DNA of 36,007 bases from Oligoflexus sp. (GTDB taxonomy: Bacteria > Bdellovibrionota_B > Oligoflexia > Oligoflexales > Oligoflexaceae). The stretch spans positions 1-36,007 of the forward strand of contig JBGSTX010000008.1 in the NCBI GenBank assembly GCA_041736305.1, given 5' to 3'. Position numbers and translations under genes: made by a program. Of this stretch, positions 28,781-36,007 are shown piece after piece (the stretch's first letter is position 1; every line of letters starts with the position of its first letter). The notes under the pieces are model-generated. The model saw only the letters and a list, made by a program, of their open reading frames with translations, was not told where the DNA came from and made no database searches.

Positions 28781-30118
28781 ATGAAACATTTGGCGAGAGT
28801 GCACGTTTGGTGCACAGGGACAATTTTTGCCTTTTTCCTACTTCAGGGCTGTGGGATAGAGGAAAAATCCGCTAAGCAGAAAACCAAGGAAGAGGCGGCT
28901 AAAAGCGCTGATCTCTCAACTTTCGAAGCCGAAGCAGCTATGGATGCGGTCAAAGACAAGACTTCCAAAAGCGAGCCTTCGCTACCGAACAGCAGCAAAG
29001 CCCCCAGTTCCGGAGGAACTCCGGATGATGGAGACGATAAAGGCAAAAACCAGAATCCACCCCCAAAAGATGACAATGCCTCGCAAGGCGAGCATCCAGG
29101 TCAAAATCAGGACAATCCTTCTCAGCAAGATACGCCGCCGCCCGTAGATGACTACGAAGGCCGCGCCTATGTATTCATTGAGGCTAGCTGCTGGTGCTCG
29201 AAGAGTGACGATGTGTGCAGCATGCTCAACTGGTTCGAGATCTCCATCCTAGATAGAACCACCAAAAAAGAAATTTGGGGATCAGAGGGCCGTCGCGTTG
29301 TTATGCACAACGACTGCAGCTTTACCACCGTGCTCGGTAAAGAGTCGCCGCTGCCACGCGAGATTCTCGCGCGACCAGCCAATTCTATGCTTTTCAAACT
29401 CAAAAATGAGGCTGAAACCCAGATCGTACCTTTCTATGCTCCCTTCCACTTCGGACGGGTCGGCCTGCAAGGTAAGACCGGAGCTATGGGTTCTCAGGGA
29501 AACAAAGGCGACAAGGGGCCTAAAGGCGATAAAGGCGATGTCGGCTACCGTGGGGAGACAGGTCCAATGGGACCCGCCGGTCCAATGGGTCCTCAAGGTC
29601 TGAGGGGAGATAAAGGCGAAAAAGGCGATCGCGGGGAGACCGGTCCAATCGGAGCCACTGGTCCCATGGGTCCTCAGGGAATCAAGGGCGACAAAGGCGA
29701 TAAGGGTGACAAGGGCGATCGCGGCGAAAAAGGCGAAAAAGGTGAGCAAGGCTCACAGGGTCTGCGTGGTGAAGTTGGACCAATTGGACCAAAAGGTGAG
29801 ATCGGCCTGACGGGTCCTCAGGGTCCGCAAGGAGTTCGCGGTGAGATTGGTCCACAGGGACCGAAAGGTGACAAAGGTGATACGGGCCCAACAGGTCCCC
29901 AAGGTCCTCGCGGCGACACGGGTTTCCCGGGTGCCAAGGGTGACAAAGGCGATACAGGTCCTCAAGGACCAACCGGTCTCAAAGGAGACAAGGGTGATAC
30001 GGGGCCTATGGGGCCGCAAGGACCTAAAGGCGACCAGGGTGATGTTGGCCCGCGCGGACCGCGCGGGGAGACAGGAGCCCAAGGTCCTGCAGGGCCGCAA
30101 GGTCCGGCCGGGACATAA
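28781..30118 (+). CDS. Collagen-like lipoprotein
   Basis: GAGGGG RBS, lipobox FLLQGC, polar low-complexity linker, a globular segment, then Gly-X-Y repeats to the C-terminus. Confidence 0.92.
   Translation: MKHLARVHVWCTGTIFAFFLLQGCGIEEKSAKQKTKEEAAKSADLSTFEAEAAMDAVKDKTSKSEPSLPNSSKAPSSGGTPDDGDDKGKNQNPPPKDDNASQGEHPGQNQDNPSQQDTPPPVDDYEGRAYVFIEASCWCSKSDDVCSMLNWFEISILDRTTKKEIWGSEGRRVVMHNDCSFTTVLGKESPLPREILARPANSMLFKLKNEAETQIVPFYAPFHFGRVGLQGKTGAMGSQGNKGDKGPKGDKGDVGYRGETGPMGPAGPMGPQGLRGDKGEKGDRGETGPIGATGPMGPQGIKGDKGDKGDKGDRGEKGEKGEQGSQGLRGEVGPIGPKGEIGLTGPQGPQGVRGEIGPQGPKGDKGDTGPTGPQGPRGDTGFPGAKGDKGDTGPQGPTGLKGDKGDTGPMGPQGPKGDQGDVGPRGPRGETGAQGPAGPQGPAGT
29453..30109 (+). repeat. 73 uninterrupted Gly-X-Y collagen triplets
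   Basis: Counted from GRV-GLQ-GKT to GPQ-GPA in the translation. Confidence 0.95.
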
Positions 30119-30184
30119 GAGAAAGGATTTGGCGGGGGTTAGCTAGAGAAGCCCCCAGTCTATGATCCTGTGTGATCGAAGCTT

Positions 30185-30216
30185 TTGCCCTCGCATACCC
30201 ATGCGAGGGCAATTTC
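30185..30216. terminator. Terminator hairpin between convergent genes
   Basis: Perfect 12-bp inverted repeat TTGCCCTCGCAT-ACCC-ATGCGAGGGCAA followed by TTTC. Confidence 0.75.
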
Positions 30217-30224
30217 ATTGAGAG

Positions 30225-31340
30225 TTAGCGAGCTAGATCCTTGAGGGCGCCGGCCATCTCTCTATCCCAGAGAGAGTAACGTTCCCGCGCCCTATAGGCT
30301 TCAAAGTTCTGCCAGCATTTATTCGACTCTGTGGAATTGGGCAGCGAGCGTATACAAGCTTCATAGTAGACTTCTGGGTAGATCCAATAAAAGCTGGCTT
30401 GGAGTTTCTCACTTGTCTCGCCTCCCGTACGAAAGGCCATCGTCTTGTCCCCCTCGCCTTTGGCGGCGATTTCATCGACGAGGTTCAGCGCACGTAGATA
30501 GTCGACATAGCCATGCTTGGCAGCCACGCGCGATGCGCGCTCGCCTTCGCTAACGAGCTGCAGCAGCTTGACCTTCAACTCACCTGAGCTCCTATTCTTC
30601 TTTTTGACTTCGCGGGTCCAGGACTTAGCAGCTTGTCGCCAGGCTAGCAGCATTTCTTTTTGTTCGGGCGTGTATCCTCCAATCTCGGAGAGCTTTGAAA
30701 CGAGCTCGAGAGTAATATGCGGATCATTACGAACCCGAATCGTCAAAGCCAGCATATGAGCAAGGGCACTTTCCCACACTTCGGGCTGATTATCTCTAAC
30801 ACTCTTCAGGCTTAAAACCTCTTCGTAGCCAAGAGTCGCCTCCCTCGAACGTCGCAGAATAGATAGATATTCCGAGCGTTCGGTATCGTTCAGCACCGGC
30901 GAGGCCTTAGGAAATGGCATGGAGAGAGATGTTTTTCGCGGCGTGGAGGCATGACAAGCGACGCAGGTTTGTACCAGGTGTCGGAGGAGGTAGCGCGCGT
31001 GATCGTAGTTCCCGTGAAGGTAGATTGATTCTATCTGTGCCCATTGAACGGACGGTTCAAGGGAGATATAGCGAAGCAGTGGTTCGCGCGACCGCTGGCT
31101 CATGATCGAGTCGATCGCGTGCGAACTCCGCTTGAGCGCGCGCAGCGAGACCAAGACCTTCTCGCGTTCTTCACGAGTGGCCTGATGAGGCGACATCATA
31201 TAGAGGAGCAGATTAGAGATGTCTTTGGCTGCAGTTTCTAGCTTAGCCTTTGAAGGCGTTTTGGCGAAAACTTGCTGGTGAAAACCCAGGAGCCAGAGAA
31301 GAGCCTGGGCTGAAACGGCCAAGAATAGGTAGCGAAACAT
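30225..31340 (-). CDS. Exported helical protein with a single CxxCH (putative c-type cytochrome)
   Basis: Signal peptide ending VFA; TCVACH at the end of a helical N-terminal region; helical remainder. Confidence 0.75.
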   Translation of the reverse strand: MFRYLFLAVSAQALLWLLGFHQQVFAKTPSKAKLETAAKDISNLLLYMMSPHQATREEREKVLVSLRALKRSSHAIDSIMSQRSREPLLRYISLEPSVQWAQIESIYLHGNYDHARYLLRHLVQTCVACHASTPRKTSLSMPFPKASPVLNDTERSEYLSILRRSREATLGYEEVLSLKSVRDNQPEVWESALAHMLALTIRVRNDPHITLELVSKLSEIGGYTPEQKEMLLAWRQAAKSWTREVKKKNRSSGELKVKLLQLVSEGERASRVAAKHGYVDYLRALNLVDEIAAKGEGDKTMAFRTGGETSEKLQASFYWIYPEVYYEACIRSLPNSTESNKCWQNFEAYRARERYSLWDREMAGALKDLAR

Positions 31341-31373
31341 ATGATTCTATCCTCGTCAACGCGGGCTCAGTCT

Positions 31374-32285
31374 TCAGATCTCCGAATTTTTCTCAAGTAT
31401 CTCTTTGATGCGCCCATTCATAAAGGTTTTGGACATCCAAAAAACGTCAGCAAGCTGTGCGACTATATCTTTGGCGGCATCGAGTTGATTCAGTTCGCGA
31501 CGAATCAGGTAGGCAGGGGTCAAGAGCTTGGCTGCAAACAGGTTAGATTGAATGTTGTTGATATATTGAGCATGCTCACCACCTTCGGCGGGAGCCATGA
31601 TGCTTTCCTTTTGCAGGAAGTAATGGGCCATCGCCCGCGCAATCCTATAGCGGACGAAGGGGCGCATCTTCACATCAACTGGATACTCGATCATGAGCTT
31701 GCCCTGCTCAGGGCGCATAACAATGGGATTGCCTGAAGATTCTAGGTCCGTGTCCACTGCGCGTAGCTGAATTTCGGTATAGGATGCGACAATTTCCGGT
31801 AGATAAAGGGGAGCTTCATGGAAGGCTATCGTTTCGTGAATTTTCCGAACGACGCGATTGATCTCAGGCTCATTGATTTCGAACTGGCGTTTGAACTCAA
31901 TCTCTTTTTCCCGAGACCAGTTGGCCGCATTGCGGCGATAGAATTCTTTCTTCGCGGCTTCGAGAATTTTTGGATCTGGGGAAAAGTCTCCATAGCCCGT
32001 GTATTCGAAGAAAGCTTCCCACTCGCTCATTTCGCCTGAGGCCACGTCGACGATCAGCCTTTCGTCGACCCCGAGATGCTTAGCTATGGATTTCATAGCC
32101 TGAATGGAGCGGATATTCTTCTTACCTTTTTTCCAATGGCTGCAATCCGCAGGATCGAACCCGAGAATCTGCCCAACGTCCTGGTCGATGACACGGATAC
32201 CACCAAACTTGTGGTCCAGGACCTTCCGACAGAATTGGAAAAGGTTAGCGGAATGGGGATATTTGACTGCCGTGTCTTTCTTCAT
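31374..32285 (-). CDS. XRE-like HTH fused to a degenerate ImmA/IrrE (M78) metallopeptidase-like domain
   Basis: DQDVGQILGFDPADCSHWKKG HTH-like segment. RYRIARAMAHYFL aligns to RFTIAHELGHYFL; SNLFAAKLLTP; LADVFWMS. GGAGG RBS. Confidence 0.75.
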   Translation of the reverse strand: MKKDTAVKYPHSANLFQFCRKVLDHKFGGIRVIDQDVGQILGFDPADCSHWKKGKKNIRSIQAMKSIAKHLGVDERLIVDVASGEMSEWEAFFEYTGYGDFSPDPKILEAAKKEFYRRNAANWSREKEIEFKRQFEINEPEINRVVRKIHETIAFHEAPLYLPEIVASYTEIQLRAVDTDLESSGNPIVMRPEQGKLMIEYPVDVKMRPFVRYRIARAMAHYFLQKESIMAPAEGGEHAQYINNIQSNLFAAKLLTPAYLIRRELNQLDAAKDIVAQLADVFWMSKTFMNGRIKEILEKNSEI

Positions 32286-32567
32286 CCCGAAGGGAACCTC
32301 CCTGGGTATGACGTCCCATCTGAGCCGCTAGTGAGGACGCCTTCGGTCACTGCTTTGCTATTGCTGCCGCGCATCTTCTCGAAAGTGTAGCGCTCAGTAA
32401 TGGCATAATTGGTTTTTCGACTATTTCACAGTGCTTTTCTTTTAACACTCTCTGTGGGGTCGGTCAATGTAGGTCTTGAGATAAGATCAAAGGATTTTTA
32501 CATCTTCTGTTAACGTGACTTGGTGCTTCGACCCTTCCTCTAGGCAAAGCCTGCTCGCTGACAGTTT

Positions 32568-33443
32568 TTGGCTTTCCTCGCTAGACTAGGAGTAGGCCTT
32601 TCCCAGTCCAGGTTTCGGGATAGCCTACGTTCGGCTGCTTTTAGTGAGGGTCGCACTTTGTCTCTTTTGATTGGCATCGCCGGTATCATCTACAGCCTTT
32701 ACTTCGCCATGACCCATCATTCGACGGGCTTCGATGGCTTCTATGATAAGGCTGCCCTAGTGCTCTTGCTCATGATGCCACCCAGTGTCATGTTGCTATC
32801 GCATACTCTCACCGACTTTTATGTTGGGCTCTCGATTCTCCTCAAAGCCCTCTTTCGCACCCAGGGGCGAAAGGAAAAAGAGGTGATCGAAGTGCTCACC
32901 GTTTCATCAGCTTTGGTCCGCTCGGAAGGTATAGGATCCTTGATGAAAGTACGAAATCAGGTAAAATACCCCTTTTTGCGCGACGGACTATCGCTCATAC
33001 TCAATGATTTCAGTCCCGAGGAAATCAGGCATAATCTGCAAAATAAGATCAATGCCGAGCAAATGCGGATGTCCCTAGCCCGCAATCTCTTCGAAAACAT
33101 CAGCAAGCTCAGCCCAGGTGTCGGGATGATTGGGACTCTCCTCGGTCTGATCTCGATGATGGCCAATCTCAAGAACCCCGATCAGATCGGTGCGGGTATG
33201 GCACTCGCGATGATCGGAACGCTCTATGGGCTCTTGCTCGGTACTCTTATCTACGGCCCATTTTCCGAGAAAATCTCGCTGGAGGCCGAACGCAATCTCC
33301 AAGTGGATCTCATGATCCTGGAAGGCGTACTTACGCTAAAGGGCAAAAAATCGAGTATCCACATGCGCGATATCATGAATACCTATTCCCAACGTAAAAG
33401 CAGCAATGCTCAAGGCCAAGGGGAAGCTGCGAAGAGGTCTTAA
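32568..33443 (+). CDS. motA: MotA/PomA-family stator A subunit
   Basis: Four hydrophobic segments; PFLRDGL, SPGVGMIGTLLGLISMMANL, IGAGMALAMIGTLYG and ILEGVL. Start codon uncertain. Confidence 0.85.
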   Translation: MAFLARLGVGLSQSRFRDSLRSAAFSEGRTLSLLIGIAGIIYSLYFAMTHHSTGFDGFYDKAALVLLLMMPPSVMLLSHTLTDFYVGLSILLKALFRTQGRKEKEVIEVLTVSSALVRSEGIGSLMKVRNQVKYPFLRDGLSLILNDFSPEEIRHNLQNKINAEQMRMSLARNLFENISKLSPGVGMIGTLLGLISMMANLKNPDQIGAGMALAMIGTLYGLLLGTLIYGPFSEKISLEAERNLQVDLMILEGVLTLKGKKSSIHMRDIMNTYSQRKSSNAQGQGEAAKRS

Positions 33444-33445
33444 AC

Positions 33446-34120
33446 ATGTCTGATTCTTCGGGCGGTTCGGGCTTTACCCCTACCCGCATCAAGACCAAAA
33501 AAGATGAGGGTCTATGGATCTTCAGCTTCGCCGATCTAACTCTCATTCTGATGAGCTTCTTTGCGCTCATGCTTTCAATGTCCAAACCCGACAAGCAGCA
33601 GTTCGATAATGTCGTCACAAAGATCCAAGAAAATGCTCCGAACGCCTCGCCGTCCGGCCTCATGGCAGTTGCTGAAGATCTCGAGAAAATAATCAAAAAG
33701 CAAAATCTCCAGGACGACGCACTCGTGCGGATAGATGTCGATGGGCTGATGCTCGAGTTTAGCGACCGCCTCATCTTTGCGTCTGGCTCGGCTCAGCCTG
33801 GCGCTCAATTCATCGGAACTACCGAGAAAGTTCTGCGCGTTATCAGCGAGGCGCCCGAACACTACCGCATCACTATTGAAGGTCATACTGACGATGTGCC
33901 TCTGAAAAAGGTTCCCGGCTTTAAAAGCAACTGGGACCTCAGTGCGGCGCGCGGCATTGCGCTGCTGAATTTTCTCAAAGATAAAGGTATCTCGACTAGC
34001 CGTATGCGAGTTGTCGCAGCTGCTGATACACAGCCAAAAGTACAGACGAAAGGTAAGACTGGGGCTGAACTTGAAAAGGCCAGACGTGCCAATCGTCGCG
34101 TTGTGATCCGCCTCGAATGA
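33446..34120 (+). CDS. motB: MotB/PomB-family stator B subunit (OmpA-like peptidoglycan-binding domain)
   Basis: WIFSFADLTLILMSFF (ion-binding Asp), IEGHTDDVP, SNWDLSAAR and NRRVVI motifs. Confidence 0.9.
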   Translation: MSDSSGGSGFTPTRIKTKKDEGLWIFSFADLTLILMSFFALMLSMSKPDKQQFDNVVTKIQENAPNASPSGLMAVAEDLEKIIKKQNLQDDALVRIDVDGLMLEFSDRLIFASGSAQPGAQFIGTTEKVLRVISEAPEHYRITIEGHTDDVPLKKVPGFKSNWDLSAARGIALLNFLKDKGISTSRMRVVAAADTQPKVQTKGKTGAELEKARRANRRVVIRLE

Positions 34121-34194
34121 TTCTCTGCTTCATCCACCTAGGCTAAAACTCCTGATTCTGCTAAGACTTTTACATGATCCTCCCTGGCTGTCTC

Positions 34195-34222
34195 TTGACA
34201 GAAGCGCGAGAGCTCTTACTGT
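34195..34222 (+). promoter_or_regulatory. Putative sigma70 promoter of clpS-clpA
   Basis: TTGACA-N16-TACTGT. Confidence 0.5.
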
Positions 34223-34327
34223 GTTATCTGAGAGGGTTGGCTAAGGATACGATCACTTGGGGTATTGAGTGTCTGTAGACTTAGACGCTCAATAGAAGTC
34301 GCTTCATTCGGGAGGCCAGTACTGGCA

Positions 34328-34687
34328 ATGAGTGTGTACGCAATGGGAACTTCACATCAGAACCCCTTGGCTGGTCCGAAGAAGGACACAGAAAACGACA
34401 CCGGTGTTGTTGTGAAGGAGCAGGTCCAAGCCCAGCGTCCGCCTCTCTATGGGGTCTATCTCCTCAACGACGACTTTACGCCGATGGATTTTGTGGTTCT
34501 GATTATAGAGAAGCACTTTAACAAAGATCACGCGGCCGCTACGGATATCATGTTAAAAGTCCATAACGAGGGACGCGGGCTCTGTGGTATATATCCCTAT
34601 GAGATAGCCGAAACCAAAGTCACCCTAGTGATGGACGAAGCTCGGCAAAACGGACATCCCTTGCAGTGTATACTGGAACGCGCCTAG
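34328..34687 (+). CDS. clpS: ATP-dependent Clp protease adaptor ClpS
   Basis: YGVYLLNDDFTPMDFVV, IMLKVH, EIAETKV and HPLQC motifs. GGAGG RBS; alternative start 34343. Confidence 0.96.
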   Translation: MSVYAMGTSHQNPLAGPKKDTENDTGVVVKEQVQAQRPPLYGVYLLNDDFTPMDFVVLIIEKHFNKDHAAATDIMLKVHNEGRGLCGIYPYEIAETKVTLVMDEARQNGHPLQCILERA

Positions 34688-34866
34688 TCTGAGCTAGGAG
34701 CCAAGAGATACCAAGTAGCCTCCAGCCAGTAACAATTTTTTGGGTAGGGAATGGCTTAAGGCGTTGTTGCAGAAGAAGCCCAGCCAATCGATGAGAAAAC
34801 GCTGTAGAGCTCTTTCAGCACCTTCTTAGAAAGTAGCCGGATTCCCAGGAGGAAAGTGTCATAAGC

Positions 34867-36007
34867 ATGCTAAGCCCTGATTTGGAAATCAGCCTCAATC
34901 TTGCAGTTTCTGAAGCGACGCGACGTGGGCACCCCTATGTCACGGTAGAGCATATCCTATATGCTCTTTTGCATAATGCCACAGCTCGTGAAGCTATCGA
35001 AGCCTGCGGTGGAACCATCGAAAATGTTCGTCGCGACTTAGAAACTTTTTTTGAAGAACACATCGAAAACAATGCACTACGTCAGGGTCAGTTACCCCAA
35101 CCGACGATAGGTTTTCAGCGCGTCATCCAACGAGCCGCTCAGCACGTGCAGTCGGCTGGTAAGGAAAAAATCCAGGGTGCAAATGTACTCGTTGCAATTT
35201 TTTCAGAAAAAGACTCTTTTGCAGTCTTCTATTTGGAAAAGGAAAAGATCACGCGTTTCGATATCATTCAATTTCTTGCCCATGGCATCACCAAAGAGCG
35301 TGAACGCGGTGATCAAGAGGAGGGCAACAGTACGCGCTTCCTTCCAGGCCAAACTGACGAAGAAAGTGAGACGTCTCCGAAAGACGCTCTCCTGAAATAC
35401 ACAGTCGATCTTTGCGAACGAGCAAGGCAGGGTAAAGTCGATCCTTTGATTGGGCGCGACCACTAGATGGAAAGGATCATGCAGATTCTTTGCCGTCGCC
35501 GCAAAAACAATCCTCTTTTCGTCGGTGATGCGGGTGTGGGTAAGACCGCGCTGGCTGAAGGACTGGCGTTGAAGGTGGTACAGAATGAAGTTCCTGAGGC
35601 ACTGCAAGGCCTGCGGGTCTTCTCGCTCGACATGGGTTCACTCATCGCTGGATCGAAGTTTCGCGGTGACTTTGAGCAACGTCTGAAGGGCGTCATTCGC
35701 GGCCTCCAAAAGCAGCCTAAGCACGTGCTCTTTATCGATGAGATCCATACCATCATCGGCGCTGGTGCGGTCGGCGGTGGGGCACTGGATGCGTCGAACA
35801 TCCTCAAACCAGCGCTCGCCTCAGGCGAAGTCCGCTGCATGGGATCGACGACTTTTAAGGAATATCGGACACATTTCGAGAACGACCATGCTCTGGCTCG
35901 ACGATTCCAAAAGATCGATATCGAAGAACCGACGCGCGAGGATGCTCTAAAAATCCTCAAGGGCATCAAGCTGCAGTATGAAAAGCATCACAACGTCCAC
36001 TATACGC
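34867..36007 (+). CDS. clpA: ClpA ATP-binding subunit, partial at the 3' edge, with one in-frame TAG at 35464-35466
   Basis: Clp N-domain ([26 protein letters not shown]), then [24 protein letters not shown], Walker [19 protein letters not shown], Walker B LFIDEIH and ALARRFQKI, all in the same frame. Confidence 0.95.

Noticed and set aside
29453-30109. CRISPR or DNA tandem-repeat array
   Set aside because: The periodicity is explained by Gly-X-Y coding; there is no repeat-spacer structure.
32568-34120. Zorya ZorAB defence system
   Set aside because: The A subunit lacks the long ZorA tail, its motifs are MotA/PomA-like, and no zorC/D/E genes are adjacent.
35464-35466. Alternative genetic code, pyrrolysine or selenocysteine recoding
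   Set aside because: TAG and TGA end conserved genes at the expected positions here (clpS, aceB; glnS, aceA, pgi), and no pyl or sel genes are in the window.

Overview
A bacterial chromosomal window. The gene content and style suggest a Bdellovibrionota/Oligoflexia-like or myxobacteria-like organism (inference). Housekeeping genes are glnS, gltB-gltD, aceB-aceA (glyoxylate shunt), hflX-pgi, a Nudix CoA pyrophosphatase, tpx, an orphan motAB pair and clpS-clpA. Between them lie many exported proteins: a partial HExxH metallopeptidase, a trypsin-like lipoprotein, a PNGase F-like protein, two single-CxxCH proteins, a Cys-repeat protein and a collagen-like fibre lipoprotein. The best candidate for an uncharacterised system is a translationally coupled four-gene operon directly after gltBD (C39-like peptidase, RimK-type ATP-grasp ligase, GCS2-type ligase, N-formylglutamate amidohydrolase-like enzyme), probably for glutamyl-peptide synthesis and turnover. 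Also notable are an HTH fused to a catalytically degenerate IrrE/ImmA domain next to motAB, single in-frame stops in clpA (TAG) and in the trypsin-like gene (TGA), and three structured intergenic regions that may be ncRNAs, one with 6S-like architecture. No rRNA, tRNA, CRISPR array or mobile element was seen.
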